Source of the DNA: an uncultured bacterium
GTDB lineage: Bacteria; Omnitrophota; Omnitrophia; Omnitrophales; Aquincolibacteriaceae
NCBI GenBank assembly: GCA_964508905.1
Contig: CAZDVO010000007.1
Coordinates: forward strand, 198 to 64,197
Direction: 5' to 3'
DNA: 64,000 nt
The position numbers were made by a program, and so were the translations under genes. Below are positions 55,406 through 64,000 of this stretch, one piece after another (position 1 is the first letter of the stretch; every line of letters starts with the position of its first letter). The notes beneath the pieces are model-generated. The model made no database searches, had not been told where the DNA came from, and saw nothing but the letters and a program-made list of their open reading frames with translations.

Positions 55406-56326
55406 TCAGGAAGCTTCGGAAGACTGCTGGGACTCGCGAAGAAAACCGAGATTACTTTTCCATCCGGGGATCGGTTTACACCAAAGCTGAAGAAAGACTT
55501 TCTTGCCGAGGAATTTCTGGATGTCAAGCCGCGCGGCCGTTCCGATCTGTTTGATCTTCTCGCCGCCCTTCCCGATCACGATCGCCTTCTGGGAATCCCG
55601 TTCCACCACAATGGTCGCGTGGATCCGCGTGATCCTTTCTTCCTCCTTGAACTCATCGATACGCACCGCGCCATCGTACGGGAGCTCCTCTCCCAGAAAA
55701 TGGTAGAGTTTTTCACGGATCATTTCCTGGACATGAAAACGGATGTTCTGGTCCGAGATCTGGTCTTCGGGATAAATGAACTCTCCCTCGGGAAGATAGG
55801 CCAGGGTCTGCTGGATCAGCTTGCTGACGTTCTCCCCGGTCTTGGCGCTGATCGGAATATATTCCTTGAACGGAAAAACCTTCTGATAGGCGTCCAGCGC
55901 CACAAGGAGATCATCCTTGGGAAAATGATCGATCTGATTGACGACCAAAAAAACCGGAAGTTTCACCTCCTGCATCCACTTCAGGATCGCCCGTTCCGGC
56001 TCGCCGAGCGCCTTGGGATAGACCATCCAATAAAGGATGTCGGCATCGGCCAGCGACTGATGGACGTCGCGGACCATCCCCGCACCGAGGGCGTCCTTCG
56101 GCTGATGGACCCCGGGCGTATCAAGAAAAACGATCTGCCCCCGGTAAGGACTCTCCACCGCCGCGCCATCGGGGACGGTCAGGATCCCGCGCACCACATC
56201 GCGTGTCGTCTGAGGTTTTGCGGAGGTCCCCGCAAGTTTCTCGCCGACCAGTTTGTTCAGCAGGGTCGATTTGCCGACATTCGGCCGGCCGATGATCGCG
56301 ACATGCCCTACTTTAGTTTGAACCAT
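55406..56326 (-). CDS. era: GTPase Era
   Basis: GRPNVGKST (G1), DTPG (G3), NQID (G4), and a KH domain (VIGKGGEKIKQIG). Confidence 0.95.
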   Translation of the reverse strand: MVQTKVGHVAIIGRPNVGKSTLLNKLVGEKLAGTSAKPQTTRDVVRGILTVPDGAAVESPYRGQIVFLDTPGVHQPKDALGAGMVRDVHQSLADADILYWMVYPKALGEPERAILKWMQEVKLPVFLVVNQIDHFPKDDLLVALDAYQKVFPFKEYIPISAKTGENVSKLIQQTLAYLPEGEFIYPEDQISDQNIRFHVQEMIREKLYHFLGEELPYDGAVRIDEFKEEERITRIHATIVVERDSQKAIVIGKGGEKIKQIGTAARLDIQKFLGKKVFLQLWCKPIPGWKSNLGFLRESQQSSEAS

Positions 56327-57536
56327 CGGAATCCCCCCCGGCGTCTTGAAGTTCGTTCGTCTTGCGTGAGAAAAAAGGATCGGTCAACATCGTGCCGATC
56401 TTCGAGAGGCCCTGCCCCACCTGGAGCGGCGCGCTCGCGGCGATCTGAACGGTACTCTTGATCCCGGCCTTGGTCTTCTGATACAGGCTCTTTTGGATCG
56501 CCTTGGTCAATGCGCCTATCATGCGAAACTTGGGGTCGTCGATATCCCCGTCGACTTTGATCTCAAGCGTCACGGTCTTCTGATCTTCCAAAAGAAGCCG
56601 GATCGCGCTAAAAGGATATTTCATCAGTTTCTGCGCCGCGGTCGGTGCTGTGAACTGCATATCCCGAAGGGTCAGGACATGCTGAGAGCGAAGATCGCCC
56701 TCAACACACAGAAGATGCGACTTCAGGTCAAAGGTCCCGCTCTGCACGTCGCCCTGGATCCCGTCCACCAGAAAATGGTATTCCACCATCGAACCGCCGG
56801 TGATCTCGACATTCACGTCAAAATTATCTCCGTCAGCAAATTGACAACGCCCGCCACCCTTGAAAGCCGCAGGAGGATTCGTGCCGAAAAGCGCTTGGAC
56901 CTGGATCGTCTCCGTAAAGGTCGGACTGACATAATCCGAAAGAAAATCGAAACCGCTCCAAACTCCCTTGATCCGCCGGAAAACCCACTGCTGTTCCGGC
57001 TCTTCGCGACGGTCATCGAAAACGATCGTTCCGTTCTCCAATTCAAGCCGGTCGATGCGCACACGCCAGGAATCTTCCCCCACATTGTCAGGATGCGGCA
57101 TCGCCCGGGGGGGGAGCGGCGGATCATCTTCATCCAGCCCCATGTGATGATACCAGTGCCAGACATTATTCCGGGAACCCTCGGGGGTCATGTAACTTTC
57201 TATCGCGAAGATCACTTCATTGAAGTGGGCCCGACGGATCCGGATGAACTTGTTCTTGAGAACGTTCAGGTCCAGAAAGCACTCCATCCCCTTGACCGTG
57301 AACTGGTCCCGCCGCTTGAACCCCGCCGGATTCAAGATCTCAAGATGTTCCACGCTCACGCGAGCGGAGGGCCACGGCTCAATACTCAGCCCCCGAATGT
57401 AGACGGGCATATCGAATGCGCGGCTCATAAGCTTTTCAAGGAAAGGCTCGGCGACCATGCCGAGGATCCGTCCGTGAAATATCCCGAGGCACAGAAAACC
57501 CGCAAGGATCAGAACAAGGGGCCAGAACCGCTTCAT
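56313..57536 (-). CDS. hypothetical membrane-anchored periplasmic protein (AsmA-like)
   Basis: N-terminal TM, a large beta-rich periplasmic region, and an AsmA-family-like C-terminal segment. Overlaps era by 14 nt. Confidence 0.45.
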   Translation of the reverse strand: MKRFWPLVLILAGFLCLGIFHGRILGMVAEPFLEKLMSRAFDMPVYIRGLSIEPWPSARVSVEHLEILNPAGFKRRDQFTVKGMECFLDLNVLKNKFIRIRRAHFNEVIFAIESYMTPEGSRNNVWHWYHHMGLDEDDPPLPPRAMPHPDNVGEDSWRVRIDRLELENGTIVFDDRREEPEQQWVFRRIKGVWSGFDFLSDYVSPTFTETIQVQALFGTNPPAAFKGGGRCQFADGDNFDVNVEITGGSMVEYHFLVDGIQGDVQSGTFDLKSHLLCVEGDLRSQHVLTLRDMQFTAPTAAQKLMKYPFSAIRLLLEDQKTVTLEIKVDGDIDDPKFRMIGALTKAIQKSLYQKTKAGIKSTVQIAASAPLQVGQGLSKIGTMLTDPFFSRKTNELQDAGGDSDGSN

Positions 57537-58495
57537 CGAGGATTTAATCCTTCGCGAAAAACAGGTTCGCGGGCGTACAGGACCTCCAGCGCGTCGAGAT
57601 CTTCCCGGCTCAGCTCCGGGGCCATCGCCGCGACAAGATTTTCATTCACCTGCGCCCTTGTTTTCGCCCCGGGGATCACCACAGAAACAGCATCGGACCC
57701 CAGCGCGAATTCGAGCGCCGCCTGCACGAGAGGGATCTTTTTTTTCTTGAGGAAAAGCTGGAGGCATTCGATCTTTTTCCAGTCAGCCTCACGCTTCGCG
57801 GGAACCCACCGGCGCCGATGATCATCCGGAGAGAACATATGGGAAGGTCTGTATTTCCCGCTCAAAAGGCCTGAGGCAAGAGGTTCCCTGACGATCAGGC
57901 CGACGTTCTTTTTATCCGCTTCCGGAAAGATCCTCTCAGCCATACGCTGATCCAGAAGATTGAAGATCACTTGAAGGGTCTGGATCCGAGGGTCCTGGAG
58001 CGCGACAAAAGCCTCGTCTTCGGTATGGACCGACATCCCGATGAAACGGATCTTTCCCTCTTTCTTTAAAAGCTCGAGGGCCTGAAGGGCTTCTTTTCTC
58101 TGGATGATCTCGCGGGAGGGATTATGCAGCTGGAAAAGGTCGATCCTTTCGACCTTGAGGCGTTTGAGGCTTTTTTCGCAGGCGGCACGCAAATACTCGG
58201 GAGTAAAATTCTTTTTGTGAGCGCCCTGATAAAAATCCCACCCCGCCTTGGTCGCGATCACCACTTGATCGCGCGGTTTGTCTTTGAGGAATTGCCCGAG
58301 AAGTTCTTCGCTGTGACCTTCGCCATAGACATCCGCGGTATCAAAAAAATTGACTCCGGCATCCCACGCGGCCTCGAGGGCCTCCAGAGAATCTTCATCG
58401 CGCACGGGGCCATAACTCCCGCCCCCGATCGGCCAGCACCCGAAGCCGATCTCGGCAATGCGTAAACCCGTTTTGCCAAGCCGGCGTTCTTTCAT
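57533..58495 (-). CDS. aldo/keto reductase
   Basis: GFGCW, DTADVYG, LHNPS and IPGAK motifs. Confidence 0.9.
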   Translation of the reverse strand: MKERRLGKTGLRIAEIGFGCWPIGGGSYGPVRDEDSLEALEAAWDAGVNFFDTADVYGEGHSEELLGQFLKDKPRDQVVIATKAGWDFYQGAHKKNFTPEYLRAACEKSLKRLKVERIDLFQLHNPSREIIQRKEALQALELLKKEGKIRFIGMSVHTEDEAFVALQDPRIQTLQVIFNLLDQRMAERIFPEADKKNVGLIVREPLASGLLSGKYRPSHMFSPDDHRRRWVPAKREADWKKIECLQLFLKKKKIPLVQAALEFALGSDAVSVVIPGAKTRAQVNENLVAAMAPELSREDLDALEVLYAREPVFREGLNPR

Positions 58496-58567
58496 AGGCG
58501 GGAGAACCCCCTCACGGAAAGCCCTTTCTGGAGAAACAACAATGACACGACGCGAGACCTCGGAACT

Positions 58568-58897
58568 TTATTTCGGGAAAAGTTCGTCGATCGCTTTTTG
58601 GATCTTATCCTGGGATTGATACCCCACAAGCTGCTTCGCAACCTCTCCATTCTTGAAAAAAATAACGGTCGGAATGCCCTGGATCCCGTATTTCTGAGGA
58701 GTGGCCGGGTTCTCATCCACATTCATTTTGCCAACAGCAAGGCGTCCCGCATTGGCGTCCGCGATCTTCTCGATCACGGGACCCAGCATCCGGCAGGGGC
58801 CGCACCACTCCGCCCAAAAATCAACCAGCACGGGTTGTGGGGATTGAAGCACTTCGGTTTGAAAATTCGCATCAGTAAGGGTCTTGCCGTGGCTCAT
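58568..58897 (-). CDS. trxA: thioredoxin
   Basis: WAEWCGPCR active site; 109 aa. Confidence 0.95.
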   Translation of the reverse strand: MSHGKTLTDANFQTEVLQSPQPVLVDFWAEWCGPCRMLGPVIEKIADANAGRLAVGKMNVDENPATPQKYGIQGIPTVIFFKNGEVAKQLVGYQSQDKIQKAIDELFPK

Positions 58898-59010
58898 GGG
58901 ATCGCTCCTTATGGAAGAAAAGTGTGATAACTTTAAAAAACCAGGAACGTACTATAACATCGAATGACGGCTCCTGTCCACGGGGAGGAACCGGGAACGC
59001 ATGGAAGGGG

Positions 59011-59379
59011 TCAAAAAGGTCCCAGGATCTCCGAAATGGCTTTGAAGACCTGGTCCACAAAAGGTTTCTGCACAACACGCTCGGCACCGGCTTTCTTGGC
59101 CATCAGTTCGATCTGGGATTCCTGGGCCGCGGTAAAAAGGACCACGGGGATACGCTGTGTTTCGGGCATGGCCTTGAGACGACGGCAGGTCTCGTAGCCA
59201 TCCATCTCCGGCATGATGACATCCAGAAGAATAAAATCCGGTCGCCAAGTCCTGGCCCGCTCAAGGCCATCGGCTCCGCTGTTGGCCGTCTCGACCAAAA
59301 ACCCCTGGGACAAAAGGCGGTTCTTCATCAATGCCGCGACCATCGGTTCATCATCAACAAACAATATTTTTTTACCCAT
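59011..59379 (-). CDS. single-domain response regulator (CheY-like)
   Basis: KILFVDDEP...ILLDVIMPEMDGYE...PVVLFTA...K. Confidence 0.9.
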   Translation of the reverse strand: MGKKILFVDDEPMVAALMKNRLLSQGFLVETANSGADGLERARTWRPDFILLDVIMPEMDGYETCRRLKAMPETQRIPVVLFTAAQESQIELMAKKAGAERVVQKPFVDQVFKAISEILGPF

Positions 59380-59415
59380 GCTTATGCTCCGGACCCGAAA
59401 AATGCGTGCAACCCC

Positions 59416-61206
59416 TCAATCCAATTTTCCAAGGATCTCACTGCCGCTACCGCCTTCTTTCTCGATACACGCCCGATTACGGCCCTCGTTCTTCGCGCGA
59501 TAAAGGGCTTCATCCGCACGATGAACCATCAGATCCGGAACCGTCTCCCCCGGCCTCAGGGTCGAAACCCCCATACTCACGGTCAGGGGGATCTTCACGC
59601 CTTCGTAGGTGAACGAATTCTGCTCAAACTGCCGCCGGATCTTCTCCCCGTAATTGAACGCGGCGTCGATCAGATGGCATTTCTTAAAAAGCACGATAAA
59701 TTCTTCACCCCCGTACCGCGCCGGAACGTTCGGCTCCCCGTTATCCCCTTCCACGCGCGTCATCGTACGGAGCGTATCGGCAACATAACGCAAGGCGACG
59801 TCCCCGGCTTCATGGCCATACTTGTCATTGATATTCTTGAAATGGTCCAGATCCAGCAGGATCAACGAAAGAGCCTGCCTCTTTTTACAGGCCTCGACCA
59901 CGGCATCGTTCAGAAGGGTCCGGAAATGCCGGATCACATAGAGCCCCGTCAAACCATCGCGGGTCGCCAGGGAGAAAAGCCTTTCCTGCTCCCGTTTCCC
60001 GACGGTGATCGAGAAGATCGCCGAAAACACAAAAAGCCAAAAGATCAGAAGGATCGGGTTCATGACATAAACCCAAACCCCGAGATTCACAAAAACCCAA
60101 AAAGCCAGAAGGATCCACAAAAGCGCGAGCGCGAGGCCAAAAACAAAGGAAAGCGCCTGTCTGGAAAAGATAAAGAAGATCGACACCAGAAGCCCCAGGA
60201 TCAAAAGAGCCATCCGGTTCCACCGGGCGTCCACCGGGCGCAGATATTGGCCGGTCAAGATCCCGTTCATAACACTGCTCTGCGTCCCGACCCCCGGATA
60301 CGACTCCTCCATCGGATTCGCTTTGATATCGGTCAGCCCTAGCGCGGTCAATCCGATCACGCAGATCTTGCCGCGGATCTTTTCGGGAGACACGGCGGGA
60401 GACCTCCCTTCCCGGATCGCCCCGTAACTTTTAATCACGTCCAGAAAAGAATAATGCTGAAAGGAGTCGACCCAACGTCCCGGCCAATTGACAAAAATAC
60501 TGCCCGTCGGATCAAGGGGAATTCCAAAATCCCCGCTCGAGATATCTTTCCCCATGTAATCAAAAGCCACCTTGGCGCCGAGATAAATATACGCTTCACC
60601 GTTATAATCAATGCGCGGACGGACACGCCGGATCGCCCCGTCCGGGTCCGGATAGATGTTCACATGCCCGATCCCTTTCGCGTCACGTTCCAACTCCGGC
60701 AAGGAATGGACCCAAGCCTTCTGTTTTCCCACGGGTTCCAGCATAACCGCCAAATAAACGTTCCCGGCTTCCTTGATCGCTTGGGCAAAAGATTCATCGT
60801 CAAAACTGGTGCTCGCATCACTAAAGATCACGTCGAAAACGATCGCCCGCGCACCCCACTGGTGAAGGATATGCACCAACGCCGCGTGATTGTGCCGAGG
60901 CCAGGGCCAGCGACCGAACCCCTGTAAACTATCCTCCGCCATATCGATGTGCACGATCGCCGGGGACATTTCAAGGCGGGGCCTTTGCCGGAAGAACAGG
61001 TCCAGAAAAACATTCTCGAACCGCAGCATCAGGGGGGTGTTCATGATCAGCAATTGGAGGATAATAAGCACCAAACAGCCGCTCAGGTGGATCAGATGCA
61101 AACGAAAGGTGGTACTGATATAGAAAGCTAGCTCGCGTTGCTTTCTTCTGAAAAAATTATCGTTCGCCTGGATCAGGCCAGACGGCGGATTCTTCAAAGG
61201 GGTCAT
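59416..61206 (-). CDS. CHASE2 sensor-domain diguanylate cyclase (GGDEF)
   Basis: GRWPWPR CHASE2 hallmark, TM block, RDGLTGLY and GGEEF. Confidence 0.85.
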   Translation of the reverse strand: MTPLKNPPSGLIQANDNFFRRKQRELAFYISTTFRLHLIHLSGCLVLIILQLLIMNTPLMLRFENVFLDLFFRQRPRLEMSPAIVHIDMAEDSLQGFGRWPWPRHNHAALVHILHQWGARAIVFDVIFSDASTSFDDESFAQAIKEAGNVYLAVMLEPVGKQKAWVHSLPELERDAKGIGHVNIYPDPDGAIRRVRPRIDYNGEAYIYLGAKVAFDYMGKDISSGDFGIPLDPTGSIFVNWPGRWVDSFQHYSFLDVIKSYGAIREGRSPAVSPEKIRGKICVIGLTALGLTDIKANPMEESYPGVGTQSSVMNGILTGQYLRPVDARWNRMALLILGLLVSIFFIFSRQALSFVFGLALALLWILLAFWVFVNLGVWVYVMNPILLIFWLFVFSAIFSITVGKREQERLFSLATRDGLTGLYVIRHFRTLLNDAVVEACKKRQALSLILLDLDHFKNINDKYGHEAGDVALRYVADTLRTMTRVEGDNGEPNVPARYGGEEFIVLFKKCHLIDAAFNYGEKIRRQFEQNSFTYEGVKIPLTVSMGVSTLRPGETVPDLMVHRADEALYRAKNEGRNRACIEKEGGSGSEILGKLD

Positions 61207-61937
61207 GCTCTTTTCCCAGGGTTCCTGGTACGGGTTTCTTCCTTAGGGTTTCGGAATGCTCGTCTTAAAACTTTAAGCTTATTCACAACCCCGGCTCCTC
61301 CGGCCGAGGGACAATATGTACGGATCTCACAATGCTGACAATCCGGCCGACGCGCCACACAACGAGCCCGGCCGTGAGAGATGATCCCATGCGAATAGAA
61401 CGTCCATGACTTGCGGGGAATCAGCTTCATCAGATCCTGCTCGATCTTAACGGGATCTCGATGCCGGGTCAGCCCCAGCAGGCGGTTAATGCGGATCATG
61501 TGGGTATCCACCGGGAGCCCGGGGATCCCGAACGCATTTCCTAATACCACATTGGCGGTCTTCCTTCCGGCTCCGGGGACCGTCACCAGATCCTCCATCC
61601 GCGAAGAGACCTCTCCCCCAAAACGGTCCACGATCATCCGGGCCGCGCCGAGGATATTCCGGGCCTTATTCCTGAAAAAACCGGTCCTGCGGACCATCGC
61701 CTCAAGGTCTTCGGCTCGCGCGGCGGCAAATGCATAAACGTCGGGATATCGCTGGAAAAGAGCGGGGGTGACCTGATTCACCCGTTTATCGGTGCACTGC
61801 GCGGAAAGAATGGTCGCGACGAGCAATTCCCAGGGGGTCGAAAAAACAAGGGCACAGCGGCTATCCGGGTAGGCTTTGCGAAGTTTTCGGATGATCGCCT
61901 GAACACGTTTTTTTCGAAACAGGATGGTTTCTCGCAT
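61203..61937 (-). CDS. nth: endonuclease III
   Basis: HhH-GPD (LVTVPGAGRKTANVVL) and the Fe-S cluster CxxxxxxCxxCxxxxxC. The ATGA overlap with the downstream CHASE2-GGDEF gene suggests coupling. Confidence 0.9.
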   Translation of the reverse strand: MRETILFRKKRVQAIIRKLRKAYPDSRCALVFSTPWELLVATILSAQCTDKRVNQVTPALFQRYPDVYAFAAARAEDLEAMVRRTGFFRNKARNILGAARMIVDRFGGEVSSRMEDLVTVPGAGRKTANVVLGNAFGIPGLPVDTHMIRINRLLGLTRHRDPVKIEQDLMKLIPRKSWTFYSHGIISHGRARCVARRPDCQHCEIRTYCPSAGGAGVVNKLKVLRRAFRNPKEETRTRNPGKRA

Positions 61938-62034
61938 GGGTTTATTATATCGTGCCCGGGGGATCATTGTAAGATGCCCCGCTTTTCGGTATACTCCCCC
62001 GCATCCCCAACAAGATCACCCTAAGGCTATATCC

Positions 62035-62922
62035 ATGAAGCGTTCCAAACTTTATCTCTCGGGCATTCAACTCATGGCGCAAAGCGCCCTTTGCTTTTCC
62101 GCCATGGCCCTGTGCGTCAAGTACGCCAGCACGTCGATCTCGCCGTTCCAGATCGTTTTCTTCCGCAGTTTCTTCGGGATGCTAATGGTCCTTCCCGTCC
62201 TCTGGCAAAAGAAACTTTCTTTCTGGGGCGAAGAGCGCTTCAAGCTGACCGCCCGAGGCCTCTCGGGCTTTGCGGCGCTCGTGCTCCATTTCTACACGAT
62301 CTCGAAACTCGACCTCGGCATGGCGATCATGCTCAATTACACCGCCCCGATCTTTACGGTGATCTTCTCGATCTTTTTCCTGAAAGAACGTCCGAGCCTT
62401 TCCCTTTGTTTCCTGATCCTTCTTTCCTTCGCCGGGGTCGTACTGCTCAACGCACGCTCGACCATGGCCTGGGATCCTGCGGTCTGGCTCGCGTTGCTTT
62501 CTTCGGTTTTCGCGGCCTTCGCATATCTTTCGATCCGCACGATCCGCCACCGGGAATCCCCGTACACGGTCATCTTCTATTTCACACTCATCTCCACGAT
62601 CGGCTCGCTCTTTTTCCTTCAGGGCTGGAAATGGCCGGATCCGGGGACCTGGGGCCTGATCGCGGGCGTCGTGGTCGCTTCTTTCTATGGACAAGTATGG
62701 ATGACCACGGCTTTGAGACGAGCGCCGGCTTATCTCGTCACCCCCTTTTCTTACCTGCATCCGGTGCTTTCATTCTTCTACGGCTGGTTCCTCTGGGGCG
62801 ACCCCCTCACGGGGATCACGATCACTGGCGTTCTGCTGATCGTGGGAAGCGGCTCGCTCATTTCCTATTTCGAAACAAAACAGAAGGCCCTCCCTTCCCC
62901 CGCTCTTCCGACCGGCGATTAA
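62035..62922 (+). CDS. EamA/DMT-family transporter
   Basis: Ten TM helices in two EamA repeats. ATG at 62035 (MKRSKL). Confidence 0.8.
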   Translation: MKRSKLYLSGIQLMAQSALCFSAMALCVKYASTSISPFQIVFFRSFFGMLMVLPVLWQKKLSFWGEERFKLTARGLSGFAALVLHFYTISKLDLGMAIMLNYTAPIFTVIFSIFFLKERPSLSLCFLILLSFAGVVLLNARSTMAWDPAVWLALLSSVFAAFAYLSIRTIRHRESPYTVIFYFTLISTIGSLFFLQGWKWPDPGTWGLIAGVVVASFYGQVWMTTALRRAPAYLVTPFSYLHPVLSFFYGWFLWGDPLTGITITGVLLIVGSGSLISYFETKQKALPSPALPTGD

Positions 62923-62923
62923 C

Positions 62924-62968
62924 AAAAAAAGGGGACAGGCTGAGTAAAAAATTCAGCCCGTCCCCTTT
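62924..62968. terminator. bidirectional terminator GGGGACAGGCTGA gtaaaaaat TCAGCCCGTCCCC flanked by A7 and T3
   Basis: 13-bp stem. Shares its sequence core with the terminator at 36873-36927. Confidence 0.6.
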
Positions 62969-62984
62969 AAATTGAGATCTGTAT

Positions 62985-63800
62985 TTAGGCTGCTTCCTCT
63001 TTCCTGTCTGTCACCTTGAAAGCAAAATACATGAAGGCCAGATTGATCACAACATTTAGGATGAACGGCCAGCGCATCGCCTGTAGCGGCGTCAACGCAC
63101 GGACCCATGTCAGCGTGAATGTCACCCCGATCGCAAAACTGGTCAGATTAAAAATAGCCCCATAACGCAGACGTTCCTTGCGCATCAGATTCATCGCAAG
63201 CCCCGCCAAGGAATAGAGCAAGTTGAGAAGGAGGAACAGGATGAACGACCCGAGCAACGCTGCCGCGACACCCATGAACGCCAGCATGTTTTTGACGTTC
63301 TGATACAACTTCCCGACAATATCACCATCGATACGGACCCGCGGCGGCAGTTCCTGCTCGGGACGCATCGCCGCGCCGGTAATATCTCTTTCCTCGATCT
63401 GGTCCTGAGCCCGCTTCATGAAAACCTTCTTGGAGGTCACCAGGAGGTAGGCGTCTCCCAGGTCCGCGGCCGTGGCGTTCGTTTTGGTCATATCAAAAAG
63501 CGCGATCTTGCCGTACTCAGGATGGGTCAACTCCGCCATCGTCTCGCCGTTCTCAAGACTCAGCCCCGCGGGGGTCCAGATCAAAACCGGCATATTCTTC
63601 TCGGCCCACTGAACAAAGATATCGACCTGCGGCAGCACTCGGGAGAAAAGGAAAAGTGCCAAAAAAACCGTCGCGAGAGCGGCCAAATAGAGATTGTAGA
63701 GAACCCCGCGCCCTGCGGAGCTCTTCGAGGCATCTTCATAGACACCTTTATGAAAAAAAGCGGTCAGAGGTGCGGTCAGGAACGTGAGGGTTTTATTCAT
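62985..63800 (-). CDS. DUF1189-family membrane protein
   Basis: Five to six TM helices with a periplasmic loop. A family call by overall pattern only. Confidence 0.55.
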   Translation of the reverse strand: MNKTLTFLTAPLTAFFHKGVYEDASKSSAGRGVLYNLYLAALATVFLALFLFSRVLPQVDIFVQWAEKNMPVLIWTPAGLSLENGETMAELTHPEYGKIALFDMTKTNATAADLGDAYLLVTSKKVFMKRAQDQIEERDITGAAMRPEQELPPRVRIDGDIVGKLYQNVKNMLAFMGVAAALLGSFILFLLLNLLYSLAGLAMNLMRKERLRYGAIFNLTSFAIGVTFTLTWVRALTPLQAMRWPFILNVVINLAFMYFAFKVTDRKEEAA

Positions 63801-64000
63801 ATTGAATCTCCATGATCTTGAGTTTGATCTTGCCTGCGGGAACCTGGATCACCGTTTCTTCGTTCAAAGCCTTCCCCAAAATACCCCGCCCGATCGGCGA
63901 GGTGACCGAGATCTTTCCTTCGTCGAAGTTGGCTTCATCCTGGGAAACGAGCATGTAATCAAAAATATCGCCGCTATCAAGGTTCTTCACCTTGACCCGG
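63793..64000 (-). CDS. greA: transcription elongation factor GreA (C-terminal part; the gene continues past the window end)
   Basis: ...GKISVTSPIGRGILGKALNEETVIQVPAGKIKLKIMEIQY is the GreA FKBP-like C-domain. Confidence 0.85.
   Translation of the reverse strand, partial: RVKVKNLDSGDIFDYMLVSQDEANFDEGKISVTSPIGRGILGKALNEETVIQVPAGKIKLKIMEIQYE

Overview
The window is a GC-rich bacterial chromosomal segment, densely coding (about 90 percent), with most genes on the minus strand and a Gram-negative-type envelope gene set (SecDF, YajC, lipoproteins, an AsmA-like protein). I will not assign a taxon.

The recognisable housekeeping genes are: rpsI and rplM; truA; asd; leuB; glgA; rpmB; recJ; secDF, yajC and tgt as a conserved operon; queA; tRNA-Arg(CCG); trmI; addA and, about 15 kb away, addB; queD; efp; ispH; htpX; pfp; era; trxA; nth; and the end of greA.

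Five things stand out as non-routine:

1. A family of AGCGTNN heptamer-array repeats fills at least nine intergenic junctions in the first 17 kb. Several form inverted pairs that can fold into long hairpins, and some overlap stop or start codons.

2. A four-helix-bundle (TIGR02436 / DGR Avd-like) gene sits as a repeat-flanked cassette between the normally adjacent leuB and asd.

3. Near 29.5-32.5 kb there is an IS-scarred accessory patch. A start-less gene remnant abuts an ISL3-family transposase remnant. Downstream is a near-consensus sigma70 promoter driving a DUF134 putative regulator, a 51-aa peptide with vicinal cysteines (CCC...CC), and an ArsP-type permease carrying the TPFCSCS motif. 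The ArsP start overlaps the peptide stop. I rate this uncharacterised three-gene module the most interesting candidate in the window.

4. A nucleotide second-messenger signalling neighbourhood contains PilZ, an EAL protein, a GAF-PP2C phosphatase, a CHASE2 adenylyl cyclase, a FecR protein, two receiver domains and a CHASE2-GGDEF protein.

5. Other oddities: a fusion of a cytidylate-kinase-like P-loop domain with dCMP deaminase; an orphan RnfD/NqrB-like membrane protein with a small secreted partner; several unusually long perfect palindromes and shared terminator hairpins; a leaderless promoter; and a structured rpmB leader.

My hand-counted coordinates (features not taken from the ORF track) are accurate to about 2 nt. 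The ORF track uses alternative start codons, so a leading 'M' is not always ATG.
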